Below are positions 26,180-39,937 of a stretch of 64,000 nt of DNA, piece by piece. Numbering within the stretch: position 1 is the first letter of the stretch; the number at the start of each line of letters is the position of its first letter. A program made the position numbers and the translations under genes. The stretch is from Sminthopsis crassicaudata. Its lineage: Eukaryota. The DNA lies in assembly GCF_048593235.1 (NCBI RefSeq), contig NC_133617.1:669332958-669396957 (forward strand), given 5' to 3'. The notes beneath the pieces were generated by a model. The model made no database searches. It saw only the letters and a program-made list of their open reading frames with translations, and had not been told where the DNA came from.

Positions 26180-28780
26180 TGATGATAATAATAATAATAG
26201 CTAAAGAATGTAGGAATAAAACATCTTTAAAATGATAAGAAGTTTCTATCTAAAATCATCAGGAACCATTATCTGTAATGAGGATGAGCTAGAAGCCTTT
26301 TCAGTAAGATGGGGTGAAGTAAGGATGCCCGTTATCACCACTGTCATTCAATATAATAATTCCTAAAAGTTCACTTTAGGGATAAGAGAAGATAAAGAGA
26401 TTAAAGGAATTTGAATAAGCAATGAGGAAATAATACTGTCACTCTTTGCAGATGGTATGATAGCATACTTAGAGAATTAACTGAAAAACTAGTTGGAATA
26501 ATTAACAACTTTAGTAAAGTAATGGAATATAAAAGAAACCCCATGAATCATCACCTTTTCTATACATTTCCAACAGAATCCATCAGCAAGAGATAGAGAA
26601 ATTCCATTTAAAATAACTACAGACAATATAAAATACTTGGGAATTTACCGTGAAGACAAGCCCAGGAACTAGAAAAATACAATTATAAAAAAGTTATATA
26701 AACAAAGTCAGATCTAAACCATTAGAAAAATATTAATAATTCATAGGTAGGCCAACTCAAGATAATAAAAAGTGACAATTCTACCTAAAATAATTTACTT
26801 ATTCAGTGCTATGCCAAAATTACCAAAAAATATTGTATAGAGCTATAAAAAATAACAAAATTAATTTAGAAGAACAAAAAGCCAAGAATATAAAAGGAAT
26901 TAATGAAAAAAATTTCAATCTAATACTGGCTAAGAAATTGAATGGTGGATTAGAATAGGTACATAGTATCCAGTAGTAACTATAGTAATCTAGTGTTCAA
27001 AGACCCAACTTTTTGACAACTACTGACAAAACTGGAAAACAGTGTGGAAGAAACTAAATATAGAGCAATATTTTACAATGTATACCAAGATAAAATCAAA
27101 ATGACTTAGACACAGTGTGATACTAAAAATAAATTAGGAAATAATGAAATAGTTTACCTATCATATCTATGGAAAAAGGAAAAATTTATGATGAAACAAA
27201 AGATAGCATTACAAGATCTTATTGATAAGATGACAAAACCAGTACAGCCAAAGCAGAAAGCTGGGGAAAATGTTTACAGAAGATGTCTCTGCTTATATGA
27301 ACTGACACTAAATGAAATGACCAGAATCAATTCTGATGAACATGACTCTTTACAACAATGAGATGACTGATGCCAGTTCCAATGATCTTGTGATGATGAG
27401 AGCCATCTACACCCAGAAAGAGGATTATGGGGACTGAGTGTGGAACACATAATATTCTCCCTCTTTTTCTTGTTGTTTGCTTGCATTTTACTCATTTACT
27501 TTCTTTTTTGATCTGATTTTTCTTGTGCAGCAAGAGAATTGGTTTAAGTATGTTTATACATTGAATTTAACATATATTTTAACATGTTTAACATGTATTG
27601 AATTGCTTTCCATCTAGGGGAGGGAGTGGGGGGAAGAGGAGAAAATCTAAAACACTAGGCTATGCAAGAGAGTCAATGTTGTCAAATTATCTGTGCATAT
27701 GTTTTGAAAATAAAAAGGTTTAAAACAATTTTTTAAAAAAAGAAAGAAAATGTCTCTGATAAAGATCTCGTTTCTCAAAAATGTAGAGAAATGAGTCAAA
27801 TTTATAAGAATATGTCGTTCTCCAATTGATAAATGGTCAAAAGATAAGAACAATCCATTTTCAGAAGAAATCAAAGCTATTTATGGTCATATGAAAAAAT
27901 GTTCTAAGTCACTATTGATTACAGACAAGTGAATTAAAACAAGGTTGAGGTATGAGCTCCCACCTATCAGATTGGTTAATATGACAGAGAAGGAAAATAA
28001 TAAAAATTGGAGATATTGGAAAATTGGAGCACTAATGCATCGTTGATAGAATTGTAAACTGATCCAAACCATTCTGGAGAGCAATTTGGAAATATACCCA
28101 AAGGACTATAAAACTGTACATACCTTTTCATCCAGTAATACTATTACCAGGTCTGTATTCCAAAAGAGATCATTAAAAAGGAAAAAGGATCCACATATTT
28201 AAAAAATATATTTATAGCAGATCTTTTAGTAATGGCAAAGAATTAGAAATTGAGGGGATGCCCATCAATTGAAGAATAACTGAACAAATTGTGATATATG
28301 TATGTAATATAAATAAGGAGCAGACAGATTTCAAAAAAAACTGGAAAGACAAAATTGATACTGAAGAAGTGAGCTAAACTAAGAGAACATTATACATAGT
28401 AGTAGCAATTTTGTGCAATAATCAATGATCCAAGACAATTCCAAGGCTTACAATAGAAAATGCTGTTCATATCCAGAGAAAGAACTATAGGAGCTGGATG
28501 CAAATCAAAGCATACTATTTTCATCTTTTTGGAATTTTTTTTCTCCTTTCTTATTTTTTTTTTCCCTTTTGTTCTAATTCTTCTTTCACAACATGACTAA
28601 TGTGGAAATATGTTTAACATTATTGTACATACAATCTATATCAGATGGCTTGTTATCTTGGGAAGGAGGAATGGGAGAAAGGGAGGGAAAAGAAATTTGG
28701 AATTCAAAATTTTATAAAAAATGAATATTGAAAACTATATTTACATGTAATTGGAAAAAATAATTTAAAAATTCAAAAGA
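26180..28780 (+). mobile_element. Degraded LINE-1 (ORF2 RT fragment and two 3' ends)
   Basis: Decayed GxxQGCPLSPLxFNI (~26310) and LFADxM (~26440) RT motifs; marsupial L1 3' UTR; A-rich. Confidence 0.85.
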
Positions 28781-29593
28781 AAAGTATCAGAAAAAATTGT
28801 TTACCATCTCAGGGACAAAGGAGAGAAAAAAGGGAGAGAATTTGGAATTAAAAATTTTTTTTAATGTTAAAAATTGTCTTTACATACAATTGGAAAAATA
28901 TTATTTAAAAAATAACTACTATTTATATAGCACTTTAAGGTTTGCAAAGAGCTTTACATATTTGTCATTATGTCCTCACAACAACCCTCCTGAGATAGGC
29001 ATTATGATTAACCCCATTTTATAGATAGAAAACTGAAGTTAAGAGGTTAGTTGAGTTGCCAAAAGTCATAGAATTAGTAAAAAGCTTGCCTGAGGCAAGG
29101 TCTGGTTCTTTATCTACTAAGCCACCAAGTTACCACATATATTTTGTATATATACAAAGGCAAGTATGAATAGAGGATTGGCTTCAAATTTCTGGAAGAC
29201 CTGAGTTCTATATTGGCTGAGAACTGGGCAAATTACTCACCTTTTCAGTGAATCAGGTAACCCTAATATTATAAATTAAAGAATAATTGCCAATTTCATT
29301 AGTAAAGAGGATTTCCATACACCAGTAAAAACACAGGTCTGAACAACAACAAAATTATACTTACTTTTTTTTGCATACCTGCCATTTCCTCCTAGCAGAA
29401 TATAAGCCTCTTGAGGAAAGGAATTTTTTTCCTTCAGTTTTTATCTTGGAATACCCATCATCTAATATAAGTCCTTAGTAAATGTTTGTCAAATTGAGTT
29501 AAATTTGTAACAATTACTCTGAGGATACTGACTAATGTCAGAGAATGAAAACAATAGGATTGTTCATGTTTTAGTTTTTTACTAAAACAAGGT

Positions 29594-29825
29594 CAGCTAG
29601 CAGTGCACCTGACTTGAAGTCTAGAAGACTCATTTATCTGAACTCAGATCTGGCTTCACATACTTATTAACTGTGTAATCCTGGGTAAATCATTTAACCC
29701 TGTTGCTTCAGTTTCCTCATCTGTAAAATGAGCTAGAGAAGGAAATGGCAAATCACTCCAATATTTTTGTCAAGAAAACCCCAAATAGGACTACAAAGAA
29801 TTGGAAACAACTGAAATACCAACAA
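29594..29825 (+). mobile_element. MAR1-like CORE-SINE
   Basis: Core plus GGAGAAGGAAATGGCAAATCACTCC tail. Confidence 0.8.
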
Positions 29826-30302
29826 TAACAAAAATATTTTCTATATGCTTAATCTGCTTGTCCTTATTTTCAGGGGTTTCCATGTTTGTAATTTTAGGTG
29901 ATTTTCTCCCATTGGTGAGCTTCATGTGACAGGTGATATGGCCTATGTATTTACCTTGTTAAAAGAAATTTAAAAGGATTTTGTTTAGACAGGAAGTCTT
30001 CAAGGCAATTGGAATAAGGCTGGCCTGGATTCAAACCTCAATCCTGTGCTGCTTTTATAGATAGGAGGAAACTACTTCCACATAAAGGTAAAAGCATTTC
30101 GATTGGTACATATAATTATGAGAAGAGGGATTAGTTGCTACCTCAACTCCTCCCTCATTACAGTATCACAGGGATATGGGATTAGTATTTATCAGCACAT
30201 TTCTCCTGCAGTCTATTTGCTCATGAGGCAGCTACCTCAAGAGCTTTTGCAAAACCGATCTTCTTCATTTAAATTCAATTAACTTTCTTTTTTTTTTTTT
30301 TC

Positions 30303-30435
30303 CCTGAGGCTGGGATTAAGTGACTTGCCCAAGGTCACACAGCTAGAAAGTGTTAAGTGTCTGAGACCAAATTTGAACTCAGATCCTCCTTAATTCAGGG
30401 CTGGTGTTCTATCCACTGCGCCACCTAGCTGCCCC
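30303..30435 (-). mobile_element. WSINE1-like SINE with poly(T) tail
   Basis: High identity to the other copies. Confidence 0.85.
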
Positions 30436-30514
30436 AATCCAATTTACTTTTAAGTCATGGCATCATCTTTTTGATATTATGATCCTCTTTAGAACTAAAG
30501 ACAAATAACTCATA

Positions 30515-30745
30515 CTCTCCTTCTTTCCCTTCTTTTCTTTCTCTCTTTTTCGCTTTCTTTCCTCTCCCTTTTCCCCTTCCCTTTTCCCCTTCCCTCTTTC
30601 TCTTTCCCTTTTCCTTTCCTTCCTTTTCCTTTTTTCTCTTCCCTTCCCCTTTCCCTTTCCTCCTTCCCTTCCTCTTTCTCTCCTACCTCTTCCCTTTCTT
30701 TTCCTTTTTTCCTTTTTTTCCATTTTCCCTTCCTTTACTTTCCCT
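30515..30745 (+). repeat. ~230-bp polypyrimidine/polypurine low-complexity tract (TTTCC-like)
   Basis: Almost no purines on the + strand. Confidence 0.9.
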
Positions 30746-31739
30746 GGAAAATTGTTTTGTCCCATCATTTTGAGGATTTTGCATCTCCAGAATTCATTTT
30801 GAGGTGTTACTTAGAGGTTTTGGAGGAGAATTGGAGAGAGCTCAGGCAAGTCTGCTTTTTCTCTGCCAAAGTGGCTCAACCCTTCATGATCATCTCAAAT
30901 TCTGAAGTAACTAAACTAAGTTTTTTTTTTTTTTAGTTATAAGAATAATTTTGATACTCTACTCAATTTAATCAGTTAAATACTGATTACTAATACTGAT
31001 TCAGTTTTTTGTGATTTAATGAGTGTTGATGATTATATCTGTGAGTTAAGTAGAATAAAGTTTTTTTAATTATAAAAATGAGTAATAATTAACTTATCAT
31101 GAACTGATAATAAAATTACTATTTGATTTATAGGATAAATTTATACTTTCTTAATTAGGCCTGGTCAAGGACTTATATTCTTACATAATATTATAATATA
31201 TATTTCTATTAGCAATATCCACCTCCCAAATCCCTCATCTCCACCTCAACTCTTATAAGAGAATTATGCTTGAAAAACCATGATTTCCTTTAATTGTTCC
31301 TATGCCACAAAATTTTTATGCCACTGACAATGTGGAAGTTCCCAGATTGCTGCTGCCAAGTACTATAGGTTGATGGACATCTCTCTGAGCAAATAATAGG
31401 AGTTCCCTGGTTTCTGAAGATGATCATGAAGGGTTGAGCCCCTTTGGCAGAAAAAAAGCAGACTTGCATGAGCTCTCCTCCAAATAGCTCTAAGTAACAC
31501 CTCAAAATGAATTCTGGAGATGCAAAATCCACTAAATGATAGGATAAAACAATTTTCCATTCCAATACAACATAGAAGGTAGACAGGAAAGGTCTGTTGC
31601 ATCAAGATGAGAATGATGTGCACTTCAGTGCAGGCTATGCCAGAAAAAGATGGTGCACCCCAGCAAACCAGCAGCAGGCCTTGGGGGTGATTAGATTAGT
31701 GGCTCAGCTATCTCTCCTGGGTCTATAAGCCAATGAGAT

Positions 31740-33440
31740 ATTTCACATTGTTTTCTATTTTTTTCATTCTTCTCCTTATTAACTTTTTGTATTTGCTTTT
31801 GCATCATTTTCATTTCTCTTCCCAATTTTCCCCCTCACTCTCAATTTTTAAAATCCCTTTGAGCTCTTCTACACCTCCAGAGCAGTCCTTAATTTTTTTC
31901 TTGGAAGCTTCTGATGTAGAAGCTTTGACTTTGTTATCTTCTGAGTGTGTGTTTTGATCTTTCTTGTCACTATAGTTACTCTCTATGGTCAGAATCTTTT
32001 TCTGTTGTTTGCTCATTGTCCTAGTCTATTACTTGACTTTTAATTTTGTGTTAAAGTGGGACTCTCTTTCCAGAGTAAATAGTACAATGCCCCATTATTC
32101 AGGGGTTTTGTGTAGCTCTTTTCAGAGATCGTTCTAAGGACCTGTAAGTTTTTAGTTCTTCCAAGATAGTATGATCCAAGGCAAGAAGTATGTTTTTCTT
32201 TCCTGATCTATGCTTTGGTCTTTGAGTGACCACAAGCACTCTCTTCTGCCCTAGAACTGTGAGGAGGGTCCTTGTTCCATTATGGCTGCAAGTTCTAGTG
32301 TGTTAGTGCTCCTCTTTATCCTGGGACTATGATGCAGGACTACATCCTGGAGCTGAGTATGGACAAAACAACAAAATCCTGTCTCAGGAGTAGTAAAGTG
32401 CTAGTAGAGACATCACTCTGACCAATTTTCCGCCCCCTTAATGTTGTGGGTTGTGTTCCCTGTAAGAAACTAATCCTTTCAGATTGATTTATTCCTTTCT
32501 GATTCTTAGCCCCTCCCTGTGATGCATTATCAATTTAAGAAGCTAGGACCCTAAATTCACAAGCACCTTTTTGAATTCCAATAGGAGATCCTGGCTCTCA
32601 CAACCCCCACCCAGATCTGAGCCAATTTGGGACATCAACCACAGGCCCCTTTAGCTAAATCTCTCATTATAAAAGAGCCAAACTGGAGCTCTCTCTTTGC
32701 AGAGGTTCCTAACATGGCAGTCTTATACTTGGCATGCCAAAGTTCTCTGGTCACTGGAATCCTATTTCTGGTGCCCTTTTATCTCTATCTTCACCTTTTA
32801 CTAACTAGACTTTAACTTTACTTCCAAACCCCATAATAAACCTCCTTTATCAATCTAGGTTTTTGGGTCTGTAAATTCCTTTACAGGGGACTCTGCACCG
32901 CCACTAGATCTCATTTAATTTTGTATCCTTGCGCCGAATCCAAAGAGGTTGCAGGGAAGCTCTATTTGACTTCCTGAACCCTGAACCTGCCACTAGACCT
33001 CATTTAAAGCTAATTTCATTCTAGACCTCATCATTACCATCTGTGGGCTAAGACCTCCACAAGCTACTGCTGCTGCTGCTGATTCAGTGATTCCCGCTGC
33101 CCATTCCTAGTTTGCTGGTTTTCAAAGGTCATCTCACCTTAGTGAGACAAATCTTTCGTGCCAACATTCCAAATTGTCTTTGATGTGTGTGGGCTGAGAG
33201 ATCTGGAAACTCACACTACTGCCATTGATTCAGAGGCCCAATGCCTGCTCCTGGTTTGCTAGAGCTAAGACTTTGCTGTTCTAACAAGACCTTTCCTGCT
33301 AATTTAAGTTGTTTTTGAAAGAAAAACCCATCATTCTGTGAGTTCTGATACTCTGAAATTTGTTTAGAGTCATTATTTAAAGGTATTTGGAGGGGCTTAG
33401 GGGACAGTTCAGTCCTGTACCTGACTTTATTCAGCCATTA
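31740..33440 (-). mobile_element. LINE-1 5' portion (ORF1 N-terminus MSKQQKKILTIES... and 5' UTR) interrupted by a solo LTR
   Basis: ORF 31810-32016 resembles the marsupial L1 ORF1 start; L1 sequence resumes after 33033. Confidence 0.75.
32442..33033 (+). mobile_element. Solo LTR (family A)
   Basis: TG...CA termini, TATAAAA and AATAAA, imperfect 4-bp TSD TTAA/TTAC. Confidence 0.85.
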
Positions 33441-33582
33441 TGAGTCTTCTTCAGTCCAACCATTCTTGAGAGCAATTTGGACCTATGCCCAAAGGCCTAT
33501 AAAACTGAATAGCTTTAATCCAGCAATATCACTACTAAGTCTGTATCCAAAAGAGATTAAAAAAAACAGCAAGGAAAAAGTT

Positions 33583-33604
33583 GTGTGTGTGTGTGTGCGC
33601 GCGC
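33583..33604 (+). repeat. (TG)n(CG)n alternating purine-pyrimidine tract
   Basis: Direct read. Confidence 0.85.
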
Positions 33605-33639
33605 ATGTGTTGTATACACACCTATTTTTTATGCTTCAA

Positions 33640-34870
33640 TCTTCATTCTGAGTTCAATTTTTTTTTCTTTTAATCAAAGCTTTTTATTTTCAAAATCTTA
33701 TGTATGGATAATTTTCAACAGTCAGCCTTGCAAAACTTTTGTTCCAAAATTTTTCCCTACCTTTCCCTCACCTCTTCTCCTAGATGGCAAGTAATCTAGC
33801 ATATGCTAAATGTGTGCAATTCTCTCATACATATTTCTACAATTATCAAATCAAAAGGGAAAAATAATGAGAAAGAAAACAATTCAAACAAACAACAAAA
33901 GGAATGAAAATACTATGTTGTGAACTACACTCCGTTCCCACAATCTTCTCTCTGGTCTAATCACAAGATCATTGGAACTAGTCTGAATTGTCTCATCTTT
34001 GAAAGAGCCACATCCATCAGAATTGAAAGTCAAATAATCTTGCTGTTGCCGTGTATAATATTGTCCTGGTTCTACTCATTTCACTTAGCATCAGTTCATG
34101 TAAGTCTCTCCCGGCCTCTCTGAAATTATCCTGCTGGTCATTTCTTACAGAACAATAATATTTCATTACATTCATACACCATAACTTATTCAACCATTCT
34201 CTAATTGATGGGCTTCCACTCAGTTTCCAGTTTCTTGCCACTACAAAAAGGACTGCCACAAACATTTTTGTACATGTGGGTTCCTTTCCTTCCTTTATGA
34301 TCTTTTTGGGATACAAACTCAGTAGAAAAGAAACAATGCTGGATCAGTGAATTAGTTCACAATTCTACCAACAATCTATCAGTGTCCCAGTTTCCCCTTG
34401 TGCCACAGTTATCTTTTAATGTCCTGACTCAGTTTCCCTAATTGTCCTATTTACTCTGCCTCAGGTTATAACCATTCCCTCTTAATGTTTGATAGGACAA
34501 AGGTCATATCTTAGACCTTAGGCTATACTAATTCCCTCTTTATGTTTAATGGGATAAAAGTCTTTATTAATTTTAGATGTTATTAGACTATCAGGTGTCT
34601 CTCCAGTACCTCCCCCATTAGGTCATCCCCATCCAGGTACCTCCTCCATTATGTCATTGTTCTTGTTATTCTATAAAAGAGTCTTTGCAGTTTGACATTC
34701 AGGGCTGGATACTTTGAGACAAGATACTGATCCAACCAATTGATTTACTCTCCAATAAATTAATAATCAAATTGTTCTTTAATCTCTATCCTGCCTCAGT
34801 TTTACATTACACCCACATCCCCTCCAATATTCATCATTATCTTTTTCTGTCATTTTAGCCAATTTGAGAG
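33640..34870 (-). mobile_element. LINE-1 3' fragment interrupted by a solo LTR
   Basis: Marsupial L1 3' end pattern on both sides of 34383-34811. Confidence 0.75.
34383..34811 (+). mobile_element. Solo LTR (family B)
   Basis: Reverse-complement homolog of 38047-38648; TATAAAA, AATAAA, ends CATTACA. Confidence 0.7.
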
Positions 34871-37800
34871 ATGACACATACATATATTTATAGGAGCTCT
34901 TTTAGTAGTTACAAAGAATTAGAATTTGAGGAATGGCTGAAGAAATTATGAGATATGATTGATAGAGTACTATAGTACTATAAGAAATGATGAGCAGGAT
35001 AATTCAGAAAAACATGGAAATATTTACATGAACTAATGTTGAATGAAATGAGCAGAACCAGGTAAACATTATTTTCATTAACAACAATATTGTGCAATGA
35101 TCAATGTGAATGACTTAAGCTATTCTCAGCAATACAGTGATCCAAGACAATTCCAAAGGACTTTTAAATTAAAATAAAATTTAAAAAAAAATATTATTCC
35201 TCTCCCTTGAAAGAACTAATGAGTCTGGATATAGATTAAAGTATATTTTATTTTTCTTGGGATTTGTGTGTGTCTTTTTCTTTCATATCATAACTAATAT
35301 CGAAATATATTTTATATTACTGCATATACAAAATTTTCATCAAATCTCTTGAGGGAAGAGAATTTCGAATTCAAAATTAAAAATAAAATAACTATTAAAA
35401 ATAATTTTTACATTTGAGGAAAAATATGTTAAATTAAAAAAACAGATGAGGAATCATGAATTATAGTTATCACTTTGACTTTCCAGGGTCAATAAAAGAG
35501 GTTATTGAGCAGGGCAATCCTTGACTTTGAGGAAGGTCTTGGATCCAGTTGTTTAACAACACCAGTCTCCCTGTGTTTAGATTGTATTTAGAGCTCTGCC
35601 TCAGTCCTCTTTAATGGCAGATTGAATTTTTGAGGTCCACAAAATCCAAGTTTAGCGCTCTTATCCTTTGGGCCACACAGCTACCTGTTTTCCCTTTGAG
35701 ATTATCCCCAATTTATCCCATGTGTATATTGACTGTAGATTGCAATTTTCATGGTGTTTTGTTTTTTTTTTTTTTTTTGCCTTGAGAGCAATTTGATTTG
35801 AGACTACTCTCCTTCCCTAATCTGTCCCATAGACACTTTTATAAGTGCCATAGGATTTTTATATAACCAGGAGTTGGACCTGAATATGTTAAAAATTTCC
35901 CATTTCTACCTTGAACTTCCATTCTGCTTCTTGGAAACCTCTCAATACTAATAGACTTTATTCATAAGATTTAATGTAATTTTAAGGGCCACTTGACTTA
36001 TTAAAATCTAATTAGATAATTTTTAAAAAAGCTTCCAGGGCATCCAGGTGGTACCTGACTTTGGAGTCAGGAGGACATGAACTCAAATGTGGCCTCAGAC
36101 ACTCACATGCCTTCAAAAACCATAAGGAGGAGGAGAAGAAAAGAACAGCAGTTTCCTCCAAATTGCAAAACTCTAATAAAAGTACTTCCTTTGATGGTCT
36201 TCTTACTCTCTGATCTTCTGAATGATTATTGTCACTTCTCAATGGAGAAGAGAATCAGGACCAAAAGTGGAGGATTTGGGAACTTGCTAGGATCTGTTTA
36301 GGAAAAACTTAAGAGAAAATGAGAAAAGTATTAGGATCTAGTAGGAGGGGGAGTGGTTCACTGCAGCTGCCAGACTTGTTGATCTGGTCCAGTGCTCCTG
36401 GAAACACCTGGTGCCATTGTGTTCCCCATCCCTCCAAAGCCATGCCAGTTTTCTAGCATCTGTCCCTGTGTCTAACTCATGTTACAGCAGCAAACTGAGC
36501 ATTATCCATCAGCAAGCAGTTGGCCACCAGCAGGGAGGGAATGGAATAGAAAGGTAGAGCAGGAATCTTCTTCCAGACAAAGGGGAGGAGGGTAAATTAG
36601 GGCTACATAGATAAAATTGTCATGTGCCTTTCTCCCTCTCCTAGAGTTCCTTTCTTATCTCAGACTCATTCCTAAATCCTTTGGGCTTTCTTCAGTAACT
36701 TCTGGGGCTTTCCCCCTCCATAGGGCAAAGGATCCCAGGGAACTTTCTTCCTCAGTAACATCTGGCACTTCCTTTCTCCCTCTAGGTCCCTTTGCAGCCA
36801 CCTTTGAGGCAGGCACTTTCTCTAGGGCTTCCTCCTTAATTCCTAGCCCAATTATAGAATTAAATATTGTATTACCTCGAGGGCAGGGCTGTTCTACTTG
36901 GCAATTAATGACCAAGCAGCTATGAGTAATCATAGCCTAGTACTTGATCTGGTTTCTGTATTCTGGTCCTCCACCTCCCTTTCCTTTCCCACCCTGGAGA
37001 GAGACCATGAAGGAAGAGGAAAAAACAAGAGGGAGGTTGAGAATAGCTTAAAGGGACAGCTTCTGTTATGTTTTTGTTTGTTTTTTAAATAGCTTTTTAT
37101 TTTTTCAAATACATGCAAAGTCGGTTAACATTCATCTTTGCAAAACCTTGTGTTTCAAAATTTTTCTCCCTTTCCTCCCCCCTCCCCAAGACAGGAAACA
37201 ATCCAATATAGGTTAAATGTGTGCAATTCTTCCCAACACATTTCCATATTTGTCACTGCTCAAGAAAAATCTGATCAAAAGGGAAAAAACATGAGAAAGA
37301 ACAAAAAACAATGACACAAAAAGTTGAAAATACTATGCTTCAATCCCCTTTCAGTCTCCATATTTCTCTTTCTGGCACTTTCTACTACAGGTCTATTGGA
37401 ATTGTCCTAGTTCTCATTATTGAAAAGAGCAAGATAATATTTGTCTTAATCTTTGTTTTCTTAGGCTAAACCTGAAGGAATTCATTAGAGACCTTTCCAG
37501 GTGCCAAAACAAAATTGGAAGGAAAGTTGTAGTGTTGATGAGGTCTAGAATTGGGTTGCCCAAATGAAATTAGGGTTTGAGATCTAGCAGCAGGTTCAGG
37601 GTACAGGGAGTCAAATGGAGCTCCCCTGCAACCCCTTTGGATTCAGTGCAAAGACAGGGAGTTAAATGAGGTCTAGTAGCAGCGCAAGAGTCCCCTGTAA
37701 AGGAATTTACAGACCTGGAAACCTAGATTGATAAAAGAGATTTATTATGGGGTTTGGAAGTAAGGTTAAAGTCTAGTTAGTAAAAGGTGTTAGGTAAAGA

Positions 37801-38046
37801 GAAGAGGGCACTGGAAATAGTATTCCAGTGGGCAGAAAGTCCTTGGTGCCAGGCGTAAGTCTGGCATGTCTTGACCCTCTGCAAAGAGAAGACTCCAGTT
37901 TGGCTCTTTTATAATGAGAGATTTAGCTAACAGGACCCGTGGGGTGGAGTCCCAAGTTGGCTCAGATCTGATGGGGGGCTGGGACAAGCCCGGATCTTCT
38001 ATTGGAATTCAAAGGGGTGCTTTTGACCGGGATTTGTGAATCAAAG

Positions 38047-38648
38047 TGTAATGCCAGAGAAACTGAGCAAGATAGAGATTAGAGAGTACTCAATACAGAA
38101 TTTATTAAATGGAGAGATTTACTGGGACCAATGGATTCATGGTTGGTCCCAGGGCTGAACTACACTATCATCTCAAAGAATCCAGCACCAAGGTCAGATA
38201 CACAAGATTCTTTATAGAGTAACAAGAACAATGACATCATGGGGGAGGTACCTGGATGGGGCTGACCAATGGGGGGTCACCTAGGATGACATAATGGGAA
38301 GTACTGGAGAGCCTCCTGATATTCTAATGATGTCTAAAATAGATAAAGACCTTTATCCTATCAAACATTAAGGGGGAATGCTTATAACCTGAGGCAAAAT
38401 AACTGAATGGGACAATTAGGGAAACTGGGTCAGGATATTAAAAGAAAACTGTGAGGGGCAGCTGGGTGGCGCAGTGGATAGAACACCAGCCCTGAATTCA
38501 AGAGGACCTGAGTTCAAATCAGGTCTCAGACACTTAACACCTTCTAGCTGTGTGACCCTGGGCAAGTCTCTTAACCCCAGCTTAAAAAAAAGAAAAAGGA
38601 AAAAAAAATGATAACTGTGACACTACAAGGGAAAACTGGGACACAACA
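38047..38648 (-). mobile_element. Nested solo LTR (family B)
   Basis: TG...CA termini; imperfect TSD AAAG/AATG. Confidence 0.75.
38455..38609 (+). mobile_element. WSINE1-like SINE nested in LTR B
   Basis: Full head to A-tail; TSD GAAAACTGTGA/GATAACTGTGA. Confidence 0.9.
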
Positions 38649-39112
38649 AATGGTCCTAACTTCTTGAATTAATGATGCATCAGCTAGGAGGGGCTGGGAA
38701 TGAGAAAGGAATAAATCAATCTGAAAGGACTAGTTTCTTAAAGGGACCACAACCCACATCAGTGTGACTTTTTGCATTCAGTGCAGGTTCTGAGACTGAG
38801 ATGCAATAATATATGGATTGGTTCTCTGCTGCTTGTGTTAACTTTGGCCTAACAATTAACAGGGGTTTGTGAGAGTTTCAAAGACCTCCAGTTCCAGATC
38901 AGCAGAAATATTGGACATGATCTTCCAGGATGTTTCATACATCTCAGAAAAAGTCCCTAGGAAAGATGAAAGAGGGATATCCCTACTGAAGGTTCATCTC
39001 CTTACCTTATTCTAGGATATAGAAGTGAAAGATCCTAAAGAAGCGCTGGGTATACATAATGGGAGAAACTGGTCTGCTCAAAATAGGACCAGTTTTGTCT
39101 GTGGTCAGTAAA

Positions 39113-39937
39113 TGTGATTCCTCTAATGTCTATCCCTCTGATCCTTTCTTTTGGGAAGTGGAAAATTCTATCTATAACTGACAAAGGAACCCTGAAACTC
39201 TCCAAAACTCCTTGAAGGAGAGATTCTCCTTGAACCCTGTGTCTGTGGGACCCTGCCCAAGGAAAATGAGATAAATAGCTTCATTCTGTTGTCTAAATGG
39301 GATTAGTTGAGTACAGAGCTGGAGAATTCCAACCCTATTGAATTAAAGAGACTCATTCAATTCTATTCAATTCCAGCTCAAACTCCACCCACAGCCCCCA
39401 TTGAGAGGGGAGCAGGCCTCAGCTTGTAGCTAAGGCTTCTACTATAAAAGAGCCAATCTTAAACTCACCCCCTTGCAAAGGACCTAACATGCCATGCTAT
39501 GCCAAGGAAACCTCTGCCTGCTACATTGATATTACCCTCTCTTTCTCTTTCTCACCTATTTTCCTATCTTGACTTTATATCTCTCTGTTGGGATTTCCCT
39601 ACTAGAAACTTTACTTCTCTGTCAGGTCCTTGCCATTAAGGAATTCAGCCTTTCTATTCATGCATAGCAAAGGCTGACTTCCCAATGCTTATAATAAATT
39701 TCTTTTTATCAGTCTAGCTTTTCGGGTTTGTAAATTTCTTTACGAAGGACCTCTGCACGGCCAGAAGGGGGTTCCCAAAAACTCCCTACCTTGCACCAAT
39801 CCTAAAGGGATTTAGAGGAGCCAAACCTCTTCATTTGGTTCCCTGAGCCTTGAACCTGCCACTAACCTCATCATCTAACTCCCTGACCACCAGGAACCCT
39901 AATCTCATCATTTGGTTCCCTGAATCTAATCTCATCA
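39113..39937 (+). mobile_element. Solo LTR related to family A
   Basis: TG...CA, TATAAAAGAGCCAA, AATAAA, shared GAACCTGCCACTA 3' block; TSD TAAA/TAAC. Confidence 0.75.

Larger units (their letters stand above)
37536..38761 (-). mobile_element. Solo LTR (family A) containing a nested LTR
   Basis: Reverse complement of 32442-33033 in two pieces; perfect GTGT TSD at 37532-37535 and 38762-38765. Confidence 0.88.

Noticed and set aside
30061-30285. Open frame after an acceptor-like site with GGNYFHIKVK, faintly stefin-like
   Set aside because: Similarity too short, no QxVxG motif, no partner exons
30463-30768. Lys/Arg/Glu-rich 101-aa ORF
   Set aside because: Translation of the purine strand of a microsatellite
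39016-39103. Exon-like 88-nt segment (TATTCTAG ... GTG|GTCAGT) on +
   Set aside because: No supporting neighbouring exons or homology; lies between LTRs
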